NCBI GenBank assembly: GCA_000002435.2
Contig: CM018793.1
Source: Giardia intestinalis
Lineage: Eukaryota
Length of the DNA: 64,000 bases
Reading direction: 5' to 3' (one strand)
Both the position numbers and the translations under genes were made by a program. The notes beneath the pieces are model-generated. The model searched no databases, was not told where the DNA came from, and saw only the letters and a program-made list of their open reading frames with translations. Of this stretch, positions 42,601-51,982 are shown one piece after another (the first letter of the stretch is position 1; every line of letters begins with the position of its first letter).

Positions 42601-43330
42601 TGGGCCTTTCTGGAGAGCGACGTATCAATGTGCACGGTACCTTCTTGCGCTGTATGTTGCATATGGTTCTGCTGTTCTCGAAGCAGGATTAAGTGAGATA
42701 TACCAGAGGTTTTACACTGCTCTCAAAACGATGACAGGGGTTGGTAACGAGGAGATTCAGGCAGACTGTCTGTTAGTGGCCTCTGTCCTTGATCTTATAT
42801 GTGGAGTCACGCAGCTCCGTCAGGAAGGCGACCTGACGCGTCTTGTCAGCTCAATTGCAACAGTGGCTCCCTCTCTCAGTCAGGTAGGCTTTGCAGCGCA
42901 CGTGTTTCCCCTTCCTGTCTGCCTATTAGTTGTGATGGAGGAACTAATCTCAGAAGAGCAGTTCCAGCTGGTCAACACGTGGATTAGGTCCAATCAGGAA
43001 CCGCAAGATGATGAGCAGAAGCGAATAGCAGAATTTGCCGTGTACTTCTCCACCTATTTCTATTCGATGATGTCATACGTGACAGATTTTTACGTCACGA
43101 TTACCGGACATAGTAAGAAGCCTGATGAGCCTCTTGCCCTTGGCAATCCTGTATCAGCAGGAATGCTCTGCAATCTTGCAAGCTTGTATCGCGCAGGAGT
43201 ACTGCTTCAAGAAAACCTATCACCACCAGAGGGCAGCTTTGAAGCTAATTCTCTTAAGCTGGGTCTAAAACAATTGATTAGCTTGGTACCTGAGATTGAT
43301 GAGATAATCACCAGAACAGAAAAGAGGTAA
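39620..43330 (+). CDS. Large hypothetical protein (1236 aa): disordered Ser-rich N-terminal two-thirds plus a conserved C-terminal domain shared with the next gene
   Basis: Long ORF with an AT-rich initiator. Its C-terminal roughly 300 aa align with the C-terminus of the 43570-47985 ORF. Confidence 0.7.
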   Translation: MSALERGLHSRHLRDGASRNRDNSIFYDTMSCVERPQRIRNHPHKKQSKQSHGARAQTSYSFYQDDRRPNRYAHQRTSYTIHSDSDDSYIYSELDDRTDNENYDAPHPDRTMHYNKDFKAFCTEIAQYVVEACTRSAIQSSSMYVDTASSILSASPDDGMDDRAPASSKGHASSRRALLHGEFARNSRLTKSQDKLQSINEIFSGSHRGAHYSKGKDNTHHNGRYTYQQNPLAAPTAKRGMAQLESSPLRTQHGAARSPNAKALGDDSINSPRALQTRISKRSRPDKQGSEAAIRRLVVEPFPAEPPDSQRAMPHHASQKVRRTQPTSAHLESQTVVFSAEDNHLHSVDSSASDNNDSFVSDSNTDSSTYSNREDGINYVPMKKLSSNMKEDNNVTSVAVAAANAFSCISEGRERKASKKQSLVDARAISSHLPSDDDIKAAASQKNGIKEAFVHDSLVPCASADQQLAAIGGSSLYTELKSVNFNKQAISVRLVEITNDFRRYKSEIAKQFAELQEIVASMSTQIKMLECTINGLQIGVHAQPSFARGSGIFWHDSLIHKDHSAAAGRSSGTGANSVMQYPKIISTPLIDPARSSCSSTQMVSRSPEPIDVMRSEHKPPMVPSFHAGATDVMGRCDLRNYVLSTDGQSESVHDSVSSQTEPNSLSIVQMGDEKISALTASQISKEKKRKHHTSSKCEPRDSIGVTISPLSAAAEVLDRKSGLSDMAAPSARKHTRSSIQDFIKEASSTREKSPSRNPSLCQNSTASYVEDMDIHNEDPAVIGPEAPVSGISTDDPERTGDTKSTSRRSHRTGGIEFSDRGDTQDQTGYASTYEASDIHKSGKSKPRERRQRKSKSHSNSTKDYQGNEEASYSQSILSEQLVSMNILGANMVQPELEVPLNQSDTPIHPYLLSHPDSAEHAATLDPSNYGLIEKLFVSDLSRSPSIFNDDTEFMIVETIEIVQSIYILPGLRNNKLTTWSTACRTLGNLMINTDGPFWRATYQCARYLLALYVAYGSAVLEAGLSEIYQRFYTALKTMTGVGNEEIQADCLLVASVLDLICGVTQLRQEGDLTRLVSSIATVAPSLSQVGFAAHVFPLPVCLLVVMEELISEEQFQLVNTWIRSNQEPQDDEQKRIAEFAVYFSTYFYSMMSYVTDFYVTITGHSKKPDEPLALGNPVSAGMLCNLASLYRAGVLLQENLSPPEGSFEANSLKLGLKQLISLVPEIDEIITRTEKR

Positions 43331-43569
43331 ATATTGTTAGAGCTGAGCGTATCTATGCTATATTTTCTTGCAGATGTGTTAGCAGGCGTGTGTAGCTAGT
43401 AAATTACTCATTAACGAAACAGATGTCTCAATTCGCTGATAGAATAATCTAGTGGGCGATAAAATGAATGATGTAGGTGTAGTAGCAGCTACAATCCTAA
43501 TCTTCGGGAACTTACCAAAACTGCAGCGCAAAGCCAAAATTAAAATCTGTGTCAGGATTTCTTTGAGAA

Positions 43570-46500
43570 ATGCCCCCGCTTGTTTCCCAGTTTGGCCGAC
43601 AAAGAGCGAACATGAATGCAGGAGGCGTGCTTACCACGTACCGGAACGACTATGATCCTCGAGCACAGAGTAAAACGAAGCGGCTAACTGGCACAACCGG
43701 AGCGACATATCAGACGCGACTTGGGACGCGGGTACAGAATCTGCAGCCAGTTAGATCAAAACAGCAAGCCACACGCAGGCCAGTTGTCCCTCAACGGAAT
43801 ACTATTGCCTCAAACATCTTCCAGCTCGCAAATGCTCTCCAAGCGGCCAAAGGAACAGTTGGAACTCCTCGTCGTGAAGCAAAAAGTGTAGGAGATAGGC
43901 CTGCCTATCAAGTACCGAAGTCTATTGACAGACGAGCGGCTGCCCGCCGTCAAGAACCGTCAGATTCATACAGTGATTACTATAGTTACTATAGCGACTC
44001 ATATCCTTCGGATTACTTCGATGACCTTATCACTAGTCGATCAGTGTCTCAGCATGGGGCAAGTGGAAGCAAGGATACTAGTTTTGCTATGTTGGATGAC
44101 TTAATCGAACTAATCAAAGAAACCTCGATTAGCAGCCAGCACTCTCGTGATAGTAGAGACAACCCAAGTACAAGGTCAAGGGCTAAGGAGAAAAAGCCTT
44201 CATCTGTTTCTGCGTTCAAACGGCCTGCTAGAGCATCTCAGCCTAATTCACGATCTACTTCCAAATCAGATCCAAAATCACACAAAAAGACGTTTTCTCT
44301 TGCCGAAAGTCAACAGGAGGGTAGCGAACACGAGTTCGACAGTGTTATACACCAATCTCTTTCAACCTCGCAAAATAGTATTAACACCGAGATAGTTATT
44401 CCAAACACTAAGGTAAGTAGAGGGTCGATGAATTTCATAGAGCATAACAGAATGATGGCAGTACATCCATACAATGCCGCAAACAGTAGTAAGAAAGACT
44501 CTGCTCTCAGCTCTGGACAAGAGAAGCGCAGCTCTTACATGGAGAATGGGCTGGCCGGATCTACAACCGGATTTATCAACGAGTCACGTAGGCACCAACA
44601 ACTTAAACGGAAACAGGTCCAAGATACCCATTCTAATGAGGATAAATCGAACAAAAGGCATCACAGTACCGGAACACCTGACCTGTCTATAATCACTGGA
44701 TCGGCAGGCTCATTGGCTGCCCCACTGATATCCTCTGCCATTGCGACGTCTGGAGGCGCAGATCTATCTGTTGGTGTAGGATCTCACGCTATGACGTCTT
44801 CTTCAGCCCCTTTAATGCTAGAAAATAAGGATTTGCAAGCCAACTATTCTGAAACTCAAGGCCGCAACGGCCTCACTGATAAGCCTGCCCGGAGATATAT
44901 GTTGCTGAAGGATTCTGAGAGGTACAGGCTCACTGTGCAGCAGCAACAGCAAATGATACAACCTAACGCCCAACAGCCAGTGCTCTCACACTCTGCGTTA
45001 CTAGCATCTGGAGGACCTGCCGGGGAGTCTGGCGAAAAGGCTAATGCTAGCAACTCCGGGTTATCTATACGCGCAACCCCCAATAGCTCTGCGGTGGTGG
45101 TACCTCACCAGCTTCCAGGAGAGACGCCATTACCAAAGTATATAACGACCGCCAATGATGCATTCAATTTGTTCAGAGAAAAGTACCGCAATCTTAAGCA
45201 AGAAAAGAAAACGCTTGAAAAGGAGCTAACTGAACTGAGAGCTACTTTGGAAGCAGAAAGATCTGAGCTTATTGCTGCAAGACAGCAAATTAGGCATCTA
45301 GAAAGCACAAAGGCAGAGATGAGAAACGAGTTTCGGGCCATTTTAGACGAGAAGGAAAAGATCATCTATCAGCTCAACACTACAGTTGACCAAGCCCACA
45401 GAATAGCCATCGATAGGTCCCTCCTTGACAGATCGTCAGCGGATGGAGGGGACATTAAGTTATCAGCCCAGCCACCAGTTGATACAGAGGCGATCTATCG
45501 TGAAGCTTACGAACAAGCAAAAATAGAGCTCTTACGAGAGCTTAGGCAAGATCTGTCTGTGGAGCTAGAGCAACGGAGAACAAAGCATCGTGGCAAGGAC
45601 GGGGACATAGAATTGGCGCTTTCAAATTTGGTAACAAATAAGCAATACAGCGAGAACACTGTAGCAAGAACTAAGGAACCCGCCAAGCCCATTGTGTCCC
45701 GGATTTCCAATGAGTCGTCCGACATAGACTACCTAAAGAAGGGAAAGAAGCCTACTCTTGCCACGAGAAGTGGGTGTACCCAGGAACGGAATAGCTTTGA
45801 TAGTGAGAAGAAGGATGAGGCCGATAAGAGCTCCGAAGAGGTATTGCCAAGCAGGTCGCCACTTATCACCATCCCAGTTTCTACCCCAATCACTTCTAAG
45901 TCGACTGGCTCCACAACAAAAGCTGTGAAGGAGCTCACTGCCCAGGCCCTTATTGTATCAGAACGAGATCAGAGCGCACAATCTGGAGAGTCATCACCTA
46001 TGACTTTGTCCCCGGATATATACAAGGATCCTCTCCGTGGCATTTCCTTGCACTCTAAGCCACTGCCACCACCTGATGGCAATACCTTTGCTGAACTGCA
46101 AGAAGATGTCCATGAGCTTCCTGAGGTTGATAATAAAATTAACTCTGTAGACGGATCCAATGCAATCACTACTGTTGTTGCATTACAAAAGGAAACAGTC
46201 TTCACTGAGGCCAATGCTGTATGTGCTTTAGAGAATCTTCAAGTTAAGGAGTTTGCACATATTCCAGACACCACTGTTAGCGAAGAACCTCACGCAGAGG
46301 AGAAGCTACACGCACATCTCGAAGAGCCAGTTCTTCCTGAAGAAAAAGAAACTTATTTAGCAACTTCGGTTCCGCGTCTATCTTCAGAAAAATCATTGAA
46401 TAATCATTTACTAGATAAAGAGATACACAACGTAAAGAATACAAGAGAGGACAAGCTGGAGGGACAATTGAATTCGACATCAGAGCCACAGCTGGACTCA

Positions 46501-47985
46501 GAGGTTTGCAGTAAAGCTGACCATGCGCTCGATGAGAAACAGGTTGATGATGCTCCTCAGATGCAAACGCAGACACACGTAAGGCCGTTAGAACATGAGG
46601 CGTTTGCTCCTACTGACCATATAAACCAACAAGACACAGCAGTGTGCGAAAACGGACCCTCGGAGGTGAATATCGAAGAGCTTACTGATCTTATGCCAGC
46701 AATAACCCTGCCAAGCAATGACAGAGCCAGATTACTCAGCACAGAGAAGCCAGAGATAAAAGAACAAGAAAGCAACGAAGCCAAAAGAGAGGAGCAAAAC
46801 GAGCTACCCCAACACACGAATGTGGAGAGTCATATGGATATAGAGACAAAATCAGCAGGTGTTACTGAAAGCATCAATGTACTGGATGCATCGACGCTCA
46901 TGTCAGGAGTTGTCCCTGATATTTCGGAAATACTTGCTGATCATACAATCCAGAATCTAAGCATGCTCCCAACGCCGTCTGGGGTCTCGTTCATGCCACG
47001 AACAGAGGAGCACACAGGCTCAGAGGTTGCACTTCGGGACGATGGATCTGCTTATATGGAGTTGACTGCAGCTATTGATAACATCATTGACGACTCATAC
47101 TATGGAAACTTCATTGTAATATTTATGAATATGTCTGAGTACCCTGAAGGTGGGGAGACACTTTGCCAATTGGGAGTTAACATGGCCAACTGCATTTATG
47201 CAAATGCTAGTATAGAGCTCAATGCAATCAGTCAATTCGAGCCATTGTCAAAAGAACTACTAGAACTGGTGCATGATCAGCACAGTGTCTTGTGGTCAAT
47301 GTCCTACTACACAGCAAAGGTGTTACTAGCATACTTCTGTGCATTTGGAACAGACACCCTAGAGCTTATTACTGCAATAGCACCAGACTTTGCCGTCGTG
47401 CTCACCGAAGTCTCTCCAGATATGGGCGAAGGTTTTGCAAACGAGTGTCATGTTCTTGGGGCTCTTCTCAGTCTAATTGCAAGCTTAGGGGTCCTTTGCA
47501 CAGAGGGCGACTTGGCCAGTTTTGTACAGGCGTCTCAGACGTTACTAAATCTAATGAAGATAGACGACTGTCCTATCTATCTATACCCTATTCCTGTGAC
47601 CATAGTGATTTGCATTGAGGTGCTACTGACCAATGGATACTTCTTGCCATTGGAGGCAGATGACGACACTAAGGATGAGGCATCTATTTTGCAAGAGAAC
47701 GTCACAGAAGTCGTTGCTACGACCCTGGTGAAGTTATGCAAGAAATACCTAAACCAAGTGCAAGCGGGCGACAGTGACGAATTCCTCCCAGAGCAGCATG
47801 AACTATGCAACATAGCTTGCCTCATGCAATCAACGATTCTTTTGCAGCGCGAGGTTAGATTAAAACCGGAATTGTTAGAAAATGTGCAGGCTGTATTCGA
47901 AGGTGTCGCACAGTCAACTCGGGCACTTGCTAGTGTTCCAGGCTTGTCTCAATACTACGAGGTAGTTAGCTCCAGCAAATCATAA
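43570..47985 (+). CDS. Large hypothetical coiled-coil protein (1471 aa), tandem paralog of the upstream gene through a shared C-terminal domain
   Basis: Disordered N-terminal part with a coiled coil (KQEKKTLEKELTELRATLEAERSELIAARQQIRHLES). The C-terminal domain is homologous to that of 39620-43330 (…EGDL…, hydrophobic helices). Confidence 0.7.
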   Translation: MPPLVSQFGRQRANMNAGGVLTTYRNDYDPRAQSKTKRLTGTTGATYQTRLGTRVQNLQPVRSKQQATRRPVVPQRNTIASNIFQLANALQAAKGTVGTPRREAKSVGDRPAYQVPKSIDRRAAARRQEPSDSYSDYYSYYSDSYPSDYFDDLITSRSVSQHGASGSKDTSFAMLDDLIELIKETSISSQHSRDSRDNPSTRSRAKEKKPSSVSAFKRPARASQPNSRSTSKSDPKSHKKTFSLAESQQEGSEHEFDSVIHQSLSTSQNSINTEIVIPNTKVSRGSMNFIEHNRMMAVHPYNAANSSKKDSALSSGQEKRSSYMENGLAGSTTGFINESRRHQQLKRKQVQDTHSNEDKSNKRHHSTGTPDLSIITGSAGSLAAPLISSAIATSGGADLSVGVGSHAMTSSSAPLMLENKDLQANYSETQGRNGLTDKPARRYMLLKDSERYRLTVQQQQQMIQPNAQQPVLSHSALLASGGPAGESGEKANASNSGLSIRATPNSSAVVVPHQLPGETPLPKYITTANDAFNLFREKYRNLKQEKKTLEKELTELRATLEAERSELIAARQQIRHLESTKAEMRNEFRAILDEKEKIIYQLNTTVDQAHRIAIDRSLLDRSSADGGDIKLSAQPPVDTEAIYREAYEQAKIELLRELRQDLSVELEQRRTKHRGKDGDIELALSNLVTNKQYSENTVARTKEPAKPIVSRISNESSDIDYLKKGKKPTLATRSGCTQERNSFDSEKKDEADKSSEEVLPSRSPLITIPVSTPITSKSTGSTTKAVKELTAQALIVSERDQSAQSGESSPMTLSPDIYKDPLRGISLHSKPLPPPDGNTFAELQEDVHELPEVDNKINSVDGSNAITTVVALQKETVFTEANAVCALENLQVKEFAHIPDTTVSEEPHAEEKLHAHLEEPVLPEEKETYLATSVPRLSSEKSLNNHLLDKEIHNVKNTREDKLEGQLNSTSEPQLDSEVCSKADHALDEKQVDDAPQMQTQTHVRPLEHEAFAPTDHINQQDTAVCENGPSEVNIEELTDLMPAITLPSNDRARLLSTEKPEIKEQESNEAKREEQNELPQHTNVESHMDIETKSAGVTESINVLDASTLMSGVVPDISEILADHTIQNLSMLPTPSGVSFMPRTEEHTGSEVALRDDGSAYMELTAAIDNIIDDSYYGNFIVIFMNMSEYPEGGETLCQLGVNMANCIYANASIELNAISQFEPLSKELLELVHDQHSVLWSMSYYTAKVLLAYFCAFGTDTLELITAIAPDFAVVLTEVSPDMGEGFANECHVLGALLSLIASLGVLCTEGDLASFVQASQTLLNLMKIDDCPIYLYPIPVTIVICIEVLLTNGYFLPLEADDDTKDEASILQENVTEVVATTLVKLCKKYLNQVQAGDSDEFLPEQHELCNIACLMQSTILLQREVRLKPELLENVQAVFEGVAQSTRALASVPGLSQYYEVVSSSKS

Positions 47986-48006
47986 TCACTATGTGAACCG
48001 TGAGTG

Positions 48007-50247
48007 CTAGTCAGCAGAGGCCTCTACTTGAAAGAAATTCATATGTACTACGGGTGTCTCATAGCTCTGCGTATTTTCAGAGCTGTGGTACATCTCTACT
48101 GACGCAGATTGTAATTCGTTAGACATATGGACTTCACTTTTGTTCACAACGCTACCCTCCTTTTCGTGCCCTACACTGTGTGAATTCTCGTCGCTTAGTT
48201 GATCATTCGGTGTTGCATGTGCTTCGCAGATATGCAAATTGGTGTTGAGTCGTATTTGAGCTGCTGACTGATGCTCATGGCGAAGAAGTGCTTGAGTTAC
48301 TGGTCTCTTTGAGGTATTGCTTGTCGATGATGATACATATCCAACTGAAAAGTGTTCAGAATCCATCTTGCTTGAGGGCTCTAATGTGTTAGTCCGCGTG
48401 GCAGAGCAACTTGATTCAGTAGGATGTTCATGTAACAGGCTCTTTTCCGAGTTGGCTACACTACTGTCTGTATATTTGTTTCCCGTGCTGTGGTTACTAT
48501 CGGGCCTATTTCGCTTCTGCACTTTTGGCTGTCCTCTTGTTCTCTTCTCCTTGGTAACCACTTGAGGCTTTGATTTTCTGTTCCCCTTAGCTGAAGATCT
48601 CTGGTTCTTGGTGCTTAGTGGACGCATTTGTTTCTTGGCTGATTCTACCTTTGAGATGGTCAGATCTGTCATCGTGTCTGCGCGAGAAAACAAAGTAAAT
48701 CGCTTAGTCTGCAAGATCAAGCCTACAATAGCGAGAAGAAACGCCGTTGCTTCTCCAAAGCCAAAGGCCAGGACATAGATACCTCCTGCGCCCTGCAGAT
48801 ACATTATTGCAATGAAAGAGGCAAGCACAGTCACTGATTTTCCAAAGGCCATAGTTAAAGCCCCTGCTCCATAGTTAGATCCCTGCATAGCACCCAAAAC
48901 GACGGCATAAAGGCCAGATGGAAGATGAAACAACGCAGATAGCTTCAGGTACCTGGTTATCTCAACATAGAACTCTTCAGAATTCAAAGTAGAGTACTCC
49001 GGATCTATTGCATTTGCTTGTGGAAGAAGTATAACTTTACGGAGAGTGGGTTTAGCGGCAAAGAAGATAGCTATGCATATCAGAGCATTCAGTAGTGTAG
49101 CATATAGGGCACCCCATAGAGTGATTGAGCGAGCTCTGTTATATCTACGTGCATAATATGCGATTTGAACAAGATAGGACACTACTACTTCAAAGCTAGC
49201 TGCACTAAAGGTTGTAGCAGTCGATGCACGTAAAAACAGAGACAATGCTGCTTTTCCATTAACCATTCCCTCATAGTCTGTATAGTAGGTGCCATATGCT
49301 CTGTATATTAGTAAGATGGTGACGCTTTGAAGAGTAAGATTAATCATTGATGGGAGGGACCTCAATAAAAGCGTGCCAAGAATCTTGACATTGATTGGAA
49401 CCAAATGCCTAACTTTTAAACGAAGATTATTGTTGTACACGATCCCATATAGATTGACCCTCATCAGGAGCAGGCTTATCCATACCGTCACAACGACGCC
49501 ACTAAGACAGTATGCGAGGAGAGGGTAAAGCAAAAGCCTGGATGGGTCAGCTGGTTGAGTGTGTGCATACAGGAATAGATTGAAAAGGCCTAGAAGAACG
49601 ATTGAAAGCGAAAACAGAACGAGGTTTTTGACTGTCATAAGAAAGTGCCTTCCTTGAATCATCATAATTGGATCTACTGCGTGAGTGAAGAGAGAAAGAA
49701 GGGGGACAAGAACTGCACTTAGGAGCATGGCAGACGATCCTAACTGACGATGAATAAGAGGACCTCCACCATCTAGTAGTGAAGATAGCTGTGGAGCCAG
49801 AGGAGAAAAGAGTGATATAAGAATGGCCAGGATGCTACATAAGAAAAGTGTGTGTGTATAGTAAATGCTGGAGTCTGTGTATCTCCGGTGGACTATTGCG
49901 TGCTTGATAAAGTGCGAGGAGATGTATGAGATGACGGTCGGAATGCCCCGGTAAAGGGGAAACCCGAACAGGAAAATGGCCGATTCCACATAGAATTGCT
50001 CTCGGCCATAGAGATGAAGAATCATTACAGTATCGATAGTGTGCCAAACACACACAAGAATGCCACAAATATGCATGCTCAGGCCGAGCCCCCACAGAGC
50101 CTGGTGGACATTTCGATTCAACCCGTGGTCTGTAATCTCGTAAACAACATCGTTGCATGTCTGTGCATCATTAGCCTCCTCTGCAGTACTCTTGATGGAG
50201 CTCTGCTCGTGAAGGTAAGCGATGGCAGAGGCATCGTTTTCAGACAT
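48007..50247 (-). CDS. Polytopic membrane protein with about 12 TM segments (possible MATE/MOP-superfamily transporter) and a hydrophilic Ser-rich C-terminal tail
   Basis: About 12 hydrophobic segments in the first roughly 520 aa, then a roughly 220-aa hydrophilic tail. Family assignment is tentative, from topology and length only. Confidence 0.7.
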   Translation of the reverse strand: MSENDASAIAYLHEQSSIKSTAEEANDAQTCNDVVYEITDHGLNRNVHQALWGLGLSMHICGILVCVWHTIDTVMILHLYGREQFYVESAIFLFGFPLYRGIPTVISYISSHFIKHAIVHRRYTDSSIYYTHTLFLCSILAILISLFSPLAPQLSSLLDGGGPLIHRQLGSSAMLLSAVLVPLLSLFTHAVDPIMMIQGRHFLMTVKNLVLFSLSIVLLGLFNLFLYAHTQPADPSRLLLYPLLAYCLSGVVVTVWISLLLMRVNLYGIVYNNNLRLKVRHLVPINVKILGTLLLRSLPSMINLTLQSVTILLIYRAYGTYYTDYEGMVNGKAALSLFLRASTATTFSAASFEVVVSYLVQIAYYARRYNRARSITLWGALYATLLNALICIAIFFAAKPTLRKVILLPQANAIDPEYSTLNSEEFYVEITRYLKLSALFHLPSGLYAVVLGAMQGSNYGAGALTMAFGKSVTVLASFIAIMYLQGAGGIYVLAFGFGEATAFLLAIVGLILQTKRFTLFSRADTMTDLTISKVESAKKQMRPLSTKNQRSSAKGNRKSKPQVVTKEKRTRGQPKVQKRNRPDSNHSTGNKYTDSSVANSEKSLLHEHPTESSCSATRTNTLEPSSKMDSEHFSVGYVSSSTSNTSKRPVTQALLRHEHQSAAQIRLNTNLHICEAHATPNDQLSDENSHSVGHEKEGSVVNKSEVHMSNELQSASVEMYHSSENTQSYETPVVHMNFFQVEASAD

Positions 50248-50322
50248 TCGCTAAAAAATTCAAAAGCACACACAGACGGACTTTCGCTGTAACCTAAATA
50301 GGGTCACTTGCTGCTATATCAT

Positions 50323-50547
50323 TTACATCATGCTTGCGCCGCTAAGAAGACGGAAGACAGGGTAGCTTACAGTTTTGATTGCAAAGCCCGTTACACCGAT
50401 GGCAATGATTCCCATGCCTGTGGAAACAATGAGCTTTTTCACCTCCTCTGAAGTAGGCTTATCGCATCCATTCCAGAAACGACGCATGCTCGCGATTTCT
50501 CCCTTAACTTTTGCCACCGGGCCTTGGTTGGTGTTCTTTCCAGACAT
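50323..50547 (-). CDS. SEC61G: Sec61 gamma subunit (Sss1/SecE) of the protein translocon
   Basis: The 74-aa protein has CDKPTSEEVKKLIVSTGMGIIAIGVTGFAIKTVSYPV, matching the conserved KPDRKEF…A…GF…G…GF…K…IP core of Sec61-gamma, with a single C-terminal TM. Confidence 0.65.
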   Translation of the reverse strand: MSGKNTNQGPVAKVKGEIASMRRFWNGCDKPTSEEVKKLIVSTGMGIIAIGVTGFAIKTVSYPVFRLLSGASMM

Positions 50548-50749
50548 TTTCTCTTTCCAGTTTTCTTTTAATTAAATTCACTTGTTCCATTTCAGCGAAA
50601 CGTCCTTGCCAGTTCCCGACGAGGTAGAGCACCGCGTGCGGCTGACTACGGTCTAGGAACAGCACTCTGTTGCTCTCGCTAGGAGGTACGTTAGCATATT
50701 GGAAGCAGCCCTGGGCGGTGTCTTTAAGACACAGTGTGGCACGTGGACG

Positions 50750-50765
50750 CATTTACTACCTAAGT
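50750..50765 (-). promoter_or_regulatory. VSP extended poly(A) signal (ACTTAGGTAGTAAAT) after the mini-VSP
   Basis: The reverse complement of 50751-50765 is ACTTAGGTAGTAAAT, directly 3' of the TAG stop. Confidence 0.55.
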
Positions 50766-51194
50766 CTACGCCTTCCCGCGGCAGAGGAACCACCAGCAGA
50801 GGAAGCCCACAAGCCCTCCTATAACGATGACAGCAGCCACAACAATGCCTGCAATAGCGCCAGTAGAAAGGCCGTTACTCTTGTTGGTGCCAGAAGACAC
50901 GCACGCGGTCTTCCCATCGTTCAGGCTGAATCCCTGGTCGCACACACACACCTTCTGGTCGTTGGCCGCGGAGTTCAGCGGGCAGCCCACGGCGCAGCTT
51001 CTTTTATCGAGTTGCACGTTCTGGCCAGAGACCTTGCAGTCCAGGCACGTCTGGTCGGGTTCTGCCCCGGCGCACGTCTTGCACCCTGCCGTGTCCAACC
51101 CTGATGCGCAGTTTGTGTTGGAAGCCACGCACGCGGTCTTCCCGCTGTCCTTTGCCAGCACGGTTGCACAAACTAGGAGAAATCCTACCAACAT
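50766..51194 (-). CDS. Miniature VSP (142 aa): signal peptide, a few CxxC motifs, canonical TM plus CRGKA tail
   Basis: Ends …STGAIAGIVVAAVIVIGGLVGFLCWWFLCRGKA*. The likely start is the Met at 51192-51194 (MLVGFLLVCATVLA signal peptide); the longer 209-aa ORF merely adds a non-VSP-like N-terminal extension. Confidence 0.75.
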   Translation of the reverse strand: MLVGFLLVCATVLAKDSGKTACVASNTNCASGLDTAGCKTCAGAEPDQTCLDCKVSGQNVQLDKRSCAVGCPLNSAANDQKVCVCDQGFSLNDGKTACVSSGTNKSNGLSTGAIAGIVVAAVIVIGGLVGFLCWWFLCRGKA

Positions 51195-51982
51195 TAGCCG
51201 GAGTTCATGTGCCACTGCTCTTCTGTCAGGCTGATGTGTTGCCGCGAGCAGTGAGAGACAGCCGCTCTTACTCTCTTGATCAGTTGGACTGGAGAAAGAC
51301 GAGATAGGAGCATGCCCACCGGAGGCCAGTTGATAGCACGGTTCCCCCTGACTTCGATAGGAACAGGATGAGTGAGGGCCAGACTCAGATCGCACCTCTC
51401 TTGTGGAGTGATTGATTGGGGTGCACTCCTGTACATTGCTGTCGCTGTATCACTGGGCCCACCTGCAGGTGCGCTCAGAGATCCCACGGGTAAGCCGCGC
51501 CCACTTCCTGGTCGTCCGAAGACTATGGCTGGTTGTGGATAACATACTAAGAGCTCCTCTCCATCGATGCATCCAGAGCCCTGTGTGGTCCCAGTCGGCG
51601 TGCTCTGTCTGGGGCGCTCCGTGTCGGCCTCCAGGATCTGGCCTGCTCAGGGCCATACGAGCCGCTAGTATGCCCTCCTTGGCCTGCCATCGACAGCTCG
51701 CACTAGGCGCCTTGCTCGGGCAGTAACCAAGGTCACACCAAAGGGTGGCTCCGGATTGCAGTTAAAATCAGCGGCGGCTGTTGACTCCACTCCTTGTCCC
51801 AGCCACCGCAGAGGGTGCCCTGGGAGATGCTAGTAACAGTGCAGTTAGCAGCTTTGCAGGGCCGATGGGCGCTGGTGGCGTTCCCGTGTTCAGCCCCAAA
51901 AAGTTGCATAGACGCCTAGGTAACATGCTCAGCAGGCACCCTCAGTGTTATCTACTCTCTCAGGGGATGCCCCTACCTTGCT

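Noticed and set aside
51195-51395. N-terminal 67-aa extension of the mini-VSP ORF (MRSESGPHSSC…)
   Set aside because: It is not VSP-like. A good signal peptide begins at the internal Met (51194), so the extension is probably an upstream in-frame run rather than coding sequence.
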